In this document: in pieces, positions 40,342-51,129 of the stretch
Position numbering within the stretch: the first letter of the stretch is position 1
How the letters are laid out: every line of letters starts with the position of its first letter
Assembly (NCBI RefSeq): GCF_018977255.1
Contig: NW_024704746.1
Location: forward strand, 60,078,001 to 60,142,000
Direction of reading: 5' to 3'
Source: Callorhinchus milii
Lineage: Eukaryota
Length of the DNA stretch: 64,000 bases
Program-made: the position numbers and the translations under genes
The notes under the pieces: generated by a model
What the model was told of the DNA's origin: nothing
The model's database searches: none
What the model saw: the letters and a program-made list of their open reading frames with translations, nothing else

Positions 40342-43300
40342 GGTCATTGGTTAGTTGCCACCCATAATTATTATTTGTCAGTCCAGTTGCATGGAATATC
40401 AGCCAAAATATGATGGAGATACACTAGTGTCCAATGTGATACTACATTTTTCTGCCATATAATGCTGATCTCAGAAGTACCTGACTGAGATCATTAACTT
40501 ACAAGCATCAAGCAACTTGTTCTCTGTTTTGTAAAGCAGCTTTACGTCTGCTCATGAAATAGGAAAGGATTGAAAATGACAATATGCAACATTTCATAAC
40601 ATGAATAAATGGCCCAAAAATATAACCGTAAAACATAAAAGTAAAAACAGTATTTGAATATTACATTTGCAATGTTTCGAGCAATGGAATGTACATGAAG
40701 AAATGCCTTTGGCTCCATAACGTTTTAGGGATATCTTCAGCAGGTTTGCAAACTATTTAAAATAATAAATAAAATGAATATCCCATCTTTCTCGCCAGTA
40801 TAAGTCCAAATACTGTAAGGTTGATAAGATTATACTGTATTATACAAGGTGATATACTTAGCAACAGAATGTCAAAATTGAATCAATCCTTTATGGTGGT
40901 ATTGGAGTTTTGGTAACCCTGTTCCTGAGCCAGACAGGTTAACAGTACTCCGGGGCAATGCTGATGGTAGTTCTGCCAGCCTATTTCCATGTGCATCTGG
41001 CATTACACAGAATTCTCAGTTTGGTTTGAATACCTCTAAGCATGGTAATGTGTTTCCACATGTGTCAGACACCGGACTGACCAAAAAAACTCAACACGCC
41101 AAGGTTAATAAGTTTGCCAGAACAGCAGAACATGCAACACATTTACCCAACAAAGCTGGCAGACTCTCTAATTGTAGTATTTCTGCCTTCGTCCTTCGTC
41201 AAGTCTCTGAATTCACCTTGTAACCATTTCTTGTAAAATGAAAATAAATAAGGACTTACAGTACTTCGAAATGTCCTGCTTCTTCACTTACACCTGAATG
41301 AAAAGTGAATGATTTCTGTAGAAAACTACAGTGAAAATGAAACCAAAAGGAATTGTTTAATTTGACTTCCTGTCACTGATAGATAAACAAGTACGGTTTC
41401 TGAGCTAGTTAACCCTTACTGGATCACAGTGGTATTTCTGAATAATAAAGCATTAGTTTCTTGACTTTCTTCCTAAAGATTGCAGAACATGTTGATGTGG
41501 TGAAAATGATATGTGCATTTCATAATCTGTGATATATGTAAGTTTATTTTTCTTTCTTTGCTGGTACATTAGTGCTGATGTGTTCAATCACTGTCCTAAT
41601 GAGCTCTTGATTTTCAATCCCATTTCTGAGGGATTTCTTCAAACCTTCAAAATGTTTCCTTAGAATCTTTTGAAAGCATTGCTTTGAAAGTTCAGACCAA
41701 GTTCTGTTACATTGGAGTTTTATTTATGATATTCACAAACCAGATTTGTTGTGTTAATTGTAATTTCCAGTTTCCAGCGTACAATTTGCGAAATCCATGG
41801 GGGAAAAATGCAAAGCAGAAATTGCAGTTATCACAGTGAAGGTAGTTTGCACTGTCATTCTCTTCCAGTGTCTTCTTTGCATAGCTATAATTATAAACAC
41901 AATATCATTCTATATTGATATAAACTATGAACTCAAGTGGTCACACTGGGGCTTGAACCAATTCCATCACAGAAGTGAAAATGTTACCACTGAACCAAGC
42001 TGATTCTTCTACATTTTAAATTTAAATGTAAGTAAGAGTTAAGCGACTCGTAAACCCTAATTGTTAAACCATCAGTGACAGGAAGTCAATTGGCTGCCGC
42101 ATTTCACCCACAAAATACACAATGAATCCACTCTACAATATATTTTGTGTCAACAACGTCAATATATGTGTGTTCAACATGAGTTTTCTGCAACACATCC
42201 TTTTGCGGTAACAGCTTTCCCGCTTGCGCAATGTGCAAATTACCGGTACTGTAAGAAGAGATGAATTCACAAAATTTATGTGCAGAGTTCTGTTGTTCAC
42301 AGTTTTACAGGATATTGCCAAAGTGATCAGCATAAAAGAACAGTCGGTTCCCACGATGCATGTCAGCCTGGCTCAGATAGTAGAACTCTCTTCCATGAGT
42401 CAGATGGTTCTGAGTTAAATGCCGTTGTTGGAGCTCTAAACTCATATCCTCTACCCTGACGCTGCAATGTGATGCTGGGACTTTGCTGCATTGAGGTATT
42501 CAACTTGTGAAGCACACTGAGACTACTTCACGACTTGAAAGATAGCACATCAGACGCAAATTTTATATTTGTAAATGAATATGAACCATCTCTGTGTTTG
42601 TCACATCTTCTTCCATACCTTCCAAAATGCAACTAGCCATTCTGCATTGCTCTCTAGAATTCTAGCACACTATTGCCAGACACCACTGCGCCTTCCTCCC
42701 CTCTTTCAAGGCATATCTCAAAATATATTTCTTTAATTGCGCTTTCGATCATCTTTGATAAACAAATAAAAATCATTTGGTTACTCAATTCATAACTGTT
42801 TGTGGGACACCATTGTGCGCAATTGGCTGCCGTGTTTAGCCCTCAAAATATACAGTCAATTGACTTTACAGTATATTCTGTGAAGCACTGTGAAGCACTT
42901 TGAGACGTTTTGAAGACGTGATAAGGCGCTATATCAAATGCAAGGTTTATGATTATGGTTATTATTATTAACTTTCCCCTGCCACTGCCAACTCCGGTGC
43001 ACATGTGAAGTACTTTGAAGCATCCTCCCGATAGGTACTGTAAATTGCCAGATCAGAAACCAAAGTTTGTGCACTTACGATTCCTTTTATCCATTATTCT
43101 ATCATTTTCACCTCAACAACTGTTCATAATCACAATCAAATATTTTGAATAACAGCTTCAACAATTTGCATTTCACGTAGGATAATGTCTCGAAGCACTT
43201 AAGAGGAAACTTAAGAGGAAACTTAAGAGGATGCATACATGAGGGAAAGGATATATAGAAGGGGATTAGGAGGGGGTGAAGGTTCATCTGAAGTATTAAC

Positions 43301-44449
43301 ACCATCATAGGCCAAATGGCTTGTTTCCGTGCTGTATCCTTCTATGTATTTCTATGCTTTACAGAAATGTTGACGGACACCAAGCAGGGAGAGTGGGGGA
43401 AGAGAAGATGACTGTACACATGTATCAATAAGGTTTTTAGGAAGCTTTTAAAACCAGATAAAGAGAGAAAAAGGCTGAAGTATTTAGCTGGAGGAGTTCC
43501 AGAGGGCAGGGGTATTGAGGCTGCAAGATCGGACCCTGATGGTGAGGCAGAGTGGGAAAGGAATGTGCTTGAGTTTGCATAATGAGGTCTGAAGGTGACA
43601 GACATAGAGGGGTGAGGGATTTATCGGTGAAAGTGATTTACTAAAAGATAATCATTTTTATCAATTTTGATCACACATTTGCCAAGTTTACTGATTCAAG
43701 CCACACGGGAGTTTGATATTATAGTCAAGGCTGACACTGCCAGGTGGTAAGAGAAGAGTACAGCATTGTCAAATGGTGCCATCTTCCAAATGAGACTTTA
43801 CAATCAAACGCTGACTGCTTGTTTTGGTGGATGTTGAAGATCCCACATTCCTCCATAAAAAAATCCAAGGACTGTTTCTCTGTTGAGTAATTTGGGAATA
43901 TTTTAACTCACTGCGTTTTAACCAAATCCTACGTTTTAAAAAATAAAAATAAATAATTTACTCTTACTGGTTACATTTATGAAATGATTTAATATACAGT
44001 TTAAAGTGTAAAGATTTTTTAACGTTCTTAAATAAAGTATTTAAACCACGATCAAATTGTAGTTATTAAAACAATGTATTGATTCAACATATACCCTTGA
44101 AAGTGTAATTTTTAAAAAAAACAATCTTAAGTATCGAAACAACCTTCAGCTTGTAAAGTTATTAAAATAGTGAGTCAGTCACTCAGAGTATAGGTTTTTT
44201 AAAAAACATTTTAAAGTATTTAAACCACCTTCAGATCGTAAAGTTATGAAAAAAAACAATAGATATATTGATGCAAAACTAAATATGGATTATACGGTAC
44301 ACATTCTTGAGCAAGACTGAGCTGCTGAGTGAATGAGTGAGTGAGTCAATGAGTCAGTCAATCAGAGAGTGAGTGAGTGAGTGAGTCAGTCAGAGAGTGA
44401 GTGAGTGAGTGAGTGAGTCAGTCAGTCAGTCAGTCAATGAGTCAGTGAG

Positions 44450-44805
44450 TCACCCTTGTCTTCACATCCCTCCACTCCTCTGCACCTGCTACCTCTCTGA
44501 CCTCTCTCCTCACAACAGTGCCCTTTGCCTTCGTTCCACCGGTCTGGCCTCCTCCTTGTCCCCCGAATCCTTCCCTCCACCCTCGGCAACCGTGCTTTCA
44601 GCCATTATGCGCCGAGGCTCTGGAACTCCCTTCCTCACGCCCTTTGCCTCATCCCCTCTCTTCTTATTTTCAGGTCTCGGCTGAAGACCTTTCTTTTCGA
44701 CAGCACCTTTGGTCACCTTCCTCCCCCTCTCCCTGGCTCAGCCCCGGGATCCGTTACCATGAAGCGCTCTGAGACGACGTCCGACGTGGAGGACGCTATA
44801 TAAAT
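44450..44805 (+). mobile_element. L2 LINE 3' fragment within the satellite
   Basis: GNRAFSHYAPRLWNSLP...FRSRLKTFLFD. Confidence 0.78.
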
Positions 44806-44924
44806 CCGAGTGAGTGAGTGAGTGAGTGAGACAGTGAGTGAGACAGTCAGTCAGTAAGAGAGTGAGTGAGCGAGTGAGTGAGCGAGTGAGCGTGTGTGTG
44901 AGCGAGCGAGCGAGTGAGTGAGTG

Positions 44925-45275
44925 AACAACTTGGATTTATATAGCGCTCTCTACGCCAGACAGTGTCTCAGAGCGCTTTACAGTATGGATCCCGGGACCG
45001 AGCCGGGGGAAGGGGAGGAAGGTGACCAAAGGCCCAGTTTGAAAAGAAAGGTCATCAGCAGAGACCTGAAAATAGGAAGGGAGGGGGCGAGGCGAAGGGA
45101 GTGATGAAGGCAAGGACTGGGGTGATCGGGGAGCGGAGTTTTGTGCAGGTGAGAATGCGGGCGGCAGAGTTTTGAATGATTTGGATGTTATGGATGGTAG
45201 TGGATGGGAGACCGGTGAGGAGGGCGTTAGAGTAGTCCAGCCAAGAGGTGACAAAGGCATGGACCAGGATTTCAG
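44925..45275 (-). mobile_element. L2 LINE fragment within the satellite, tail-to-tail with 44450-44805
   Basis: Reverse-complement L2 tail (gctatataaatccaagttgtt) plus an [18 protein letters not shown] segment. Confidence 0.75.
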
Positions 45276-45543
45276 GGAGTCAGGGAGTGAGTCAGTCAGG
45301 GAGTGAGTGAGTCAGTGAATGAGTGAGGCAATGAGTGTGTCAATGAATGTGTCAATGAGTCAATCAGTGATTGAGTGAGTGAGTGAGTCAATGAGTCACT
45401 GAGGAAGTGAGTCAGTCAGTGATTGAGTCAGTCAGTTAGTGAGTGGGAGGGAGGGAGGGAGTGAGTGAGTCAGGGAGTCAGGGAATGAGTGAGTCAGTTG
45501 GTCAGTGAGTCAGTCAATGAGTGTATCAATGAGTCAGTCAGTG

Positions 45544-45732
45544 NNNNNNNNNNNNNNNNNNNNNNNNNNNNNNNNNNNNNNNNNNNNNNNNNNNNNNNNN
45601 NNNNNNNNNNNNNNNNNNNNNNNNNNNNNNNNNNNNNNNNNNNNNNNNNNNNNNNNNNNNNNNNNNNNNNNNNNNNNNNNNNNNNNNNNNNNNNNNNNNN
45701 NNNNNNNNNNNNNNNNNNNNNNNNNNNNNNNN
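45544..45732. other. Assembly gap (N run)
   Basis: Run of n characters. Confidence 0.99.
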
Positions 45733-45973
45733 GTGGGTGAGTGAGTCAGCGAATGAGTGTGTCGATGAGTCAGTCAGTGATTGAGTTAGTGAGTGAGTGA
45801 GTCAATGAGTCACTGAGGAAGTGAGTCAGTCAGCGATTGAGTCAGTCAGTTAGTGGGTGGGAATGAGTAAGTTAGTTAGTTTGTTAGTGAGTTAGTGAGT
45901 GAGTGAGTTAGTGAGTCAATGAGTGAGTCAGTGAGTGAGTCAGGCAATCAATCAGTGAGTAAGTGAGTGAGGA

Positions 45974-46693
45974 TCATCTTTGTGGCCCCCCGGCGGGAGG
46001 AAGCCTGGCTGCCAGGGCACAAGCCAAGACGATGCTGATAGTCTGAGCCAGTGCCGAGCCCAGTGCCCCGGCCGTGATGTGGAACACATTGTCGCTCACG
46101 AACTGGTGGATCTTGCTGAAGCAGCCTGGCCGGTGGATGCCCGGGGCGCCGGGCGAGACGGGGTTGTGGTCGCAGCCCTTCCGTACGGTGCAGCAACTGA
46201 GGGGCACCGACCCGTTGGCCCACGGCTCCCCAGGCCAGGGCGAGGGGTACCAGTCCCGGTAGCTGTGGACTCCGCAGCAGTCCAGCGAGCGCTGCATGCT
46301 GTTGATGGCGTTGGCTTTCTGCTCGTCCTCCCCGTACAGCTCGATGGCTCGGCTCAGACCCCTCTGGAGACCCTCGGCGATGTCCCTGTGGTAAAACAAG
46401 CCCGACAGCCCGGCCGCCAGCCCAGCCGCCAGCACCGCCGCCTGGAAGATGCCGTAGGTCCTCAGCAGCCGCTTGTTCTCGGTGGCGGCGCTGAAGCAAC
46501 CCAGGAAGCCCCAGAACAGCACCACGCCGCCCGCGGCCAGCAGGATGAACGGTGTGTTGGGGTAGCCGTGGGCGGACAGGACCAGGTAGTGACCCAGCGA
46601 GATCTTCGCCCAGATGCCCACCGTGAACATGCCCAGTCCCGCCACCCAGAAGACGGAGCTGAAGACCACCAGCGAGACCTTGAGCAGAGCCAT
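45974..46693 (-). CDS. Intronless tetraspanin, TSPAN6/TSPAN7-like (239 aa from the Kozak ATG)
   Basis: gccATGG start at 46693. Four hydrophobic segments, GFLGC in TM2, and a large loop with DCCG, PLSCC, KGC and PGCF (6 Cys) plus an NGS sequon. Resembles TSPAN7 (VFWITG...NAPYVL...QRSLSCCGV...IPPSCC). No introns; TGA at 45976-45974. Confidence 0.9.
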   Translation of the reverse strand: MALLKVSLVVFSSVFWVAGLGMFTVGIWAKISLGHYLVLSAHGYPNTPFILLAAGGVVLFWGFLGCFSAATENKRLLRTYGIFQAAVLAAGLAAGLSGLFYHRDIAEGLQRGLSRAIELYGEDEQKANAINSMQRSLDCCGVHSYRDWYPSPWPGEPWANGSVPLSCCTVRKGCDHNPVSPGAPGIHRPGCFSKIHQFVSDNVFHITAGALGSALAQTISIVLACALAARLPPAGGPQR

Positions 46694-46726
46694 GGCCCCC
46701 GCGCTGCTGGGTCTGCGGGGCAGGTG

Positions 46727-46862
46727 GGGCTGGCAGGGCTGGCGGGGCTGGGGTTGGCAGGGCTGGGGCTGGCAAGGCTGGGACTGGCAAGGCTGGGGCT
46801 CGTAGGGCTGGCAAGGCTGGGGCTCGCAGGGCTGGCAAGGCTGGGGCTGACAGGGCTGGCAG
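46727..46862 (-). repeat. 15/24-nt GC-rich tandem repeat encoding QPC(Q/E)P units in the tetraspanin frame
   Basis: Plus strand ggctggcagggctgg-type units. Minus-strand translation CQPCQPQPCQPCEPQPCQPYEPQPCQSQPCQPQPCQPQPRQPCQP. Confidence 0.85.
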
Positions 46863-47990
46863 TCGCGGGGGAAGGAGTTCAAAGCCAAGCCTTTGGAGTC
46901 GCAGTTCCCACAGGAAGAGTCGGAGGCGAGAGGTTTCTCCTGGGTTCTCCCGGGCTCGGGCTCTGGCCGAGGGTTGCCCCTGGGCGGTGTCCGGCAGAGG
47001 GCGGCGATGGTGTCGGTGTAGGCGGGGAGCTCGCACGCCACTCCACCGGGAGCCACGGAATTCCTCTGGACACGAGGATACGCCTGGACACCCACCGCAC
47101 CACCGCCCGGGACCCTGATGGGGAGGAGAACCTCCTGCCATCACCAGCCCCAGCGAATCCCGTCCGGTAGATAACAGGACCCCCCACCTTGAAGAGGATT
47201 TGCCATGCTCTGCCACCCCAACCCCCAACCCCACCACCACCAAAAAATAAATAATAACACCCCCCGCAGATGAATGCGGAGCCGTTCAAATCATCTCCAA
47301 TTAAACTGCAAAATTAAAAGAAAATAAAAAAAAGAGAGGAAACTAAAACTCCAGCTTTGCTCGTGTGTTTTCTTGGTCAACGTCGATCTGGGGGTGGAGA
47401 GGGGAGTGGACCCCCCAATACCCACTCTACCTCATTGGCCATTAAATCCTTCCCTCATCGCACTTGAAAGCCATGAGGACAGACATGATCAGCTCATAAT
47501 ACCAACACAAACACACACATACACCCAAAAAACACCTGTCAACATGGCCTTTGAGACTGACTTCAAGCCATTGCATGCATGGGGGTGGGGGGTGTTGTAC
47601 ACATATATATATAGTGTGTGTGTTTAAAAAAACATGCACGTCTTGTTAAAAATTGGTTCCTTTCATAGCATTCATTGCAATTCAACACATAAATCGGGTT
47701 GGAAATGAAATACTGAACGAGAGTAGGAGTGGAGTATCTGAACATTTTCTATTTTTCACACGGTTATTGATGGGGGGGGGGCGGTTACTGCAAGTTGTTC
47801 TGTGTTGATTGAAGGCTCCAGAGAAACTCCAGTGCAGTCTGCAGGCTTTCCCTGTTGAATGTATTGTGCACCAAAGAGCCATACACTTTGTACTGATTTA
47901 TGCCCAAACCCACACCCACGATCTCTCCTTTATTTGTTTTACTTCTGGAAAGCAATAACGCAGTTATTGTTGGAAGTCATTAGTTAGAAA

Positions 47991-48533
47991 CAAGATAATT
48001 ACAATAGATTACGGTATCACAATAGATCCATACAATTGCAATAGATAATTACAATAGATTACGATATCACAATAGATCAATACAATTGCAATAGATAATT
48101 ACAATAGATTACAATATCACAATAGATCAATGCAAATGCAATAATAATAATAATAATAATCCTTGCATTTGATATAGCGCTTTTCACGTCGGGAGGACGT
48201 CCCAAAGCGCTTCACAGAACACACTGTAAAGTGAATTGACTGTATATTTGTGGGCGAACGCGGCAGCCAATTATGCACAGCAATGTCCCACAAACAGTCG
48301 TAGATTGAAAATGACCAATTTATTATTGTTTTGGGTTTTGGAGGGATTATTATTAGGCTCTGTGTGGAGTAAGGAAACTTGCCCAAGGTTTCGCCCTCTG
48401 CCTGGAATTGAACTCAGGTTTCTCACTTGCAAAGCGAGTGCTCTAACCACTGAGCTACAGGACTCCAATAGATAATTACAATAGATTATGTATCACAATA
48501 GATCAATACAATTGCAATAGATAATTACAATAG
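47991..48533. repeat. ~50-bp AT-rich minisatellite interrupted by a SINE
   Basis: Unit caatagataattacaatagattacgatatcacaatagatcaatacaattg occurs ~3 times before 48139 and ~1.4 times after 48466. Confidence 0.85.
48139..48466 (-). mobile_element. Young tRNA-derived SINE inserted in the minisatellite
   Basis: Intact head and tail; caata on both flanks (possible target-site duplication). Confidence 0.88.
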
Positions 48534-50570
48534 GACCCAGGAAGAAAAAATACATGTTTTCTTTTTTTTTAAATATTTTTTATTTTCTTTATTAAAGAAA
48601 AATGTAACACTTTTGTGTAATGTTTTCCCATACATATAGCGCCCTTGTACGTGTGTGTGTGTGACATATTAAAGTAATATCATTTTTAAACCTCAAACCC
48701 TAAAGGGTTGTGACTTGTCACAATGTGTCGCAGAACCTGTTTTACTACAAAGCCAATCAACTCTGGAGTTGAGATGTATGGCTTGATGCTACATCGTGAT
48801 TTGTAATGCTTCCTTGAGATATCATATCGATTCCCATAATTTTTTTAAAAAGAAAGGCTCTACATACTCGATTGCTTGAATTAGTCCTTATGCTTATTTT
48901 TATACTTGTCTCGGCTTGTAACTGATATTGCATTAATTGATATTCACTATTAATGCGAGCTTATCCATAGAAACCATTATTTTCGAAGTAATTGCTTGAA
49001 AATCTAATGAAGATGTTTATGTACCTTCATTTAATTAAAGCAAATCTCTCTTCAGGAAAGCGTTAAAAAAGAGAAGAGTTAGAAATCAATAGGAGTTTTG
49101 TGAGTTTCCACTTTAAGCTATCTCGCTCCTCTTTAGACCATAAATAAGCAAGAAGCAATATAAAGTATACAGTGGATATCTTCAAGATTTATACATTACT
49201 TTGGTGATTTCGATCAGTGAAGTTCAGTCGATAGAACAAACTTGTGCCGCGATCAGAAGGCTGACAGTTAAAATCCCATGTTTATAGTATTGGGAGAATA
49301 TTGGAAGTCTCATCTTTTGGATGAAATATTAAACCAATGTCTATTTTTGAGCTTAAACATTAAATGGAGTTTCTCCTGGTGTCCAAGATCATTAATCTCA
49401 CAGGTGTTTGCAGGATCTTGTAGGTACGAACAGCTGTCATATTTGGTTACAAAAACAGTTACTACATTTGACAGTAATCAGTTGTGAAGCACTTTACATG
49501 ACAATTTGACAAGGTACTATAAAAAGATACAAATTTTTGATAGAATTGAATGACTTATTTATTTTATTCACAAATAATTACTTTATTATTCTATTCAGTA
49601 ATTGGCCACATTTGAAAACGCATCAAAATCATAGCAACACATGATTGATTGTTGATTAAAAATTAAAATCAATAACCATTTAAACCGCAATAACTGATGT
49701 GACATATCCGTCCCCTGATGTGCATTGCAATCAAAGTTCCTGTGTGAATGTAAATGTTTGAAATCGTATATTACAAAGACATGAAAACATAAAATTATGG
49801 TCTAGATGCCTTATACACTTCGTGTATTTATAGTAAAATCACGAAATATTATTTGTGCCTTTCACACAACATAATCCTAGAGTATTCAAATTGGAAATGT
49901 GAGTTGTGAAATCCTCTGTAGTACAATTGCAGGGATGCAGAGATGATTTCACAATCCAGCAAGAGTTGCAACAATGTACAGTATCATAAAGTAGGAAAAA
50001 TACACGTATAACAAGGTTAGAATCTATGCCGAAATAATTTTATTCTTAAAATCTACAGAAGTGAAAAAGTTTCGTGACTGCAAACAAGCCTTTTCTTTTT
50101 ACATTTTGTCAATAGCCAGTGCTGAGTTGAACACACGCTAACTTGAATAAAATAAAATACTCAACTTGTATTTCATTTAGCGCGTTATCACATCAAAACG
50201 TGCAAAAGCTTTGGACAATAATATTAAAATGCAGTGCCTGTTGCTGTGGCGATTTTCGGACTAAGGGAAAAAATTCGCCAAGAGAAGGGGAGGTGACATT
50301 GTGTGTAGGGCAAGGTCGCCAGGTGTGATCTGAAGACGCACGAGCGTACGAGGGAAGGCAAGGCGGAGGGATTGAGTATTAAATGTTTCATCCAAGTGCT
50401 TTTTTCATTTGTATGGGTAATTCTTTATACACTTATGTGAGGCCGAGGAAAGTTTGCAAAGTTCTGAGAAAGAGATATTTGGGAAATGATCTTCGTTAGG
50501 TTTTCCCGATCAAACTAAACTTTGATAACAGGTTGGATGGCCGCATTTGAAAACGCATCAAAGACATGAT

Positions 50571-50861
50571 GCAAGCGAGAGACCTGAGTTCAATTCCAGG
50601 CAGAGGGCGAAACCTCGGGCAAGTTTCCTTACTCCACACAGAGCCTAATAATAATCCCTCCAAAACCAAAAACAATAATAAATTGGTCATTTTCAATCTA
50701 CGACTGTTTGTGGGACATTGCTGTGCGCAATCGGCCGCCGCGTTCGCCCACAAATATACAGTCAATTCACTTTACAGTGTGTTCTGTGAAGCGCTTTGGG
50801 ACGTCCTCCCGACGTGAAAAGCGCTATATCAAATGCAAGGATTATTATTATTATTATTATT
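50571..50861 (+). mobile_element. Young tRNA-derived SINE (5'-truncated), near-identical to the 48139-48466 copy
   Basis: Shares the diagnostic junction ccacacagagcctaataataatccctcc and the tail gggacgtcctcccgacgtgaaaagcgc. Confidence 0.88.
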
Positions 50862-51129
50862 GGGCCAACTGAGGGCCAGGTTGTTAAACACAGTAGTTAG
50901 CAGTGGGGAAGTCTGTTCTGTGAGGTTACCACCACCTGTGGCTGTGTCCCAGGACTCACGCCCAATGGGGCGGGTTGGTGATGGCATTGGGCGTGATTTA
51001 AGACGGCTTTGGGCGGTCCCTTAATTTTTTTTGCCATTTCATTTCGGAAAAAAACTTTTCCCTTCCCCTTTGAATACCTTTTCTTATAGCGTTTCGAGAG
51101 AGAGAGAGAGAGGGAGAAAAAAAGGGATA

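Larger units (their letters stand above)
44325..45970. repeat. Degenerate (TGAG/TCAG)n satellite with higher-order units, embedded L2 fragments and an assembly gap
   Basis: Long runs of gagt/cagt. The block atgagtcactgaggaagtgagtcagtcag recurs on both sides of the gap (~45390 and ~45805). Confidence 0.9.

Noticed and set aside
47141-47143. In-frame TGA read as selenocysteine, given the SELENOO neighbourhood in other vertebrates
   Set aside because: No SECIS-like element is recognisable downstream, where the 3' region is satellite, and I know of no selenoprotein tetraspanin.
45948-47243. 431-aa minus-strand alternative-frame ORF and 396-aa plus-strand ORF (45980-47170) overlapping the tetraspanin
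   Set aside because: Expected shadow ORFs of very GC-rich coding DNA; low-complexity products with no recognisable domain.
47991-48533. Repeat array as a CRISPR-like structure
   Set aside because: Head-to-tail minisatellite without unique spacers, in a vertebrate genome.
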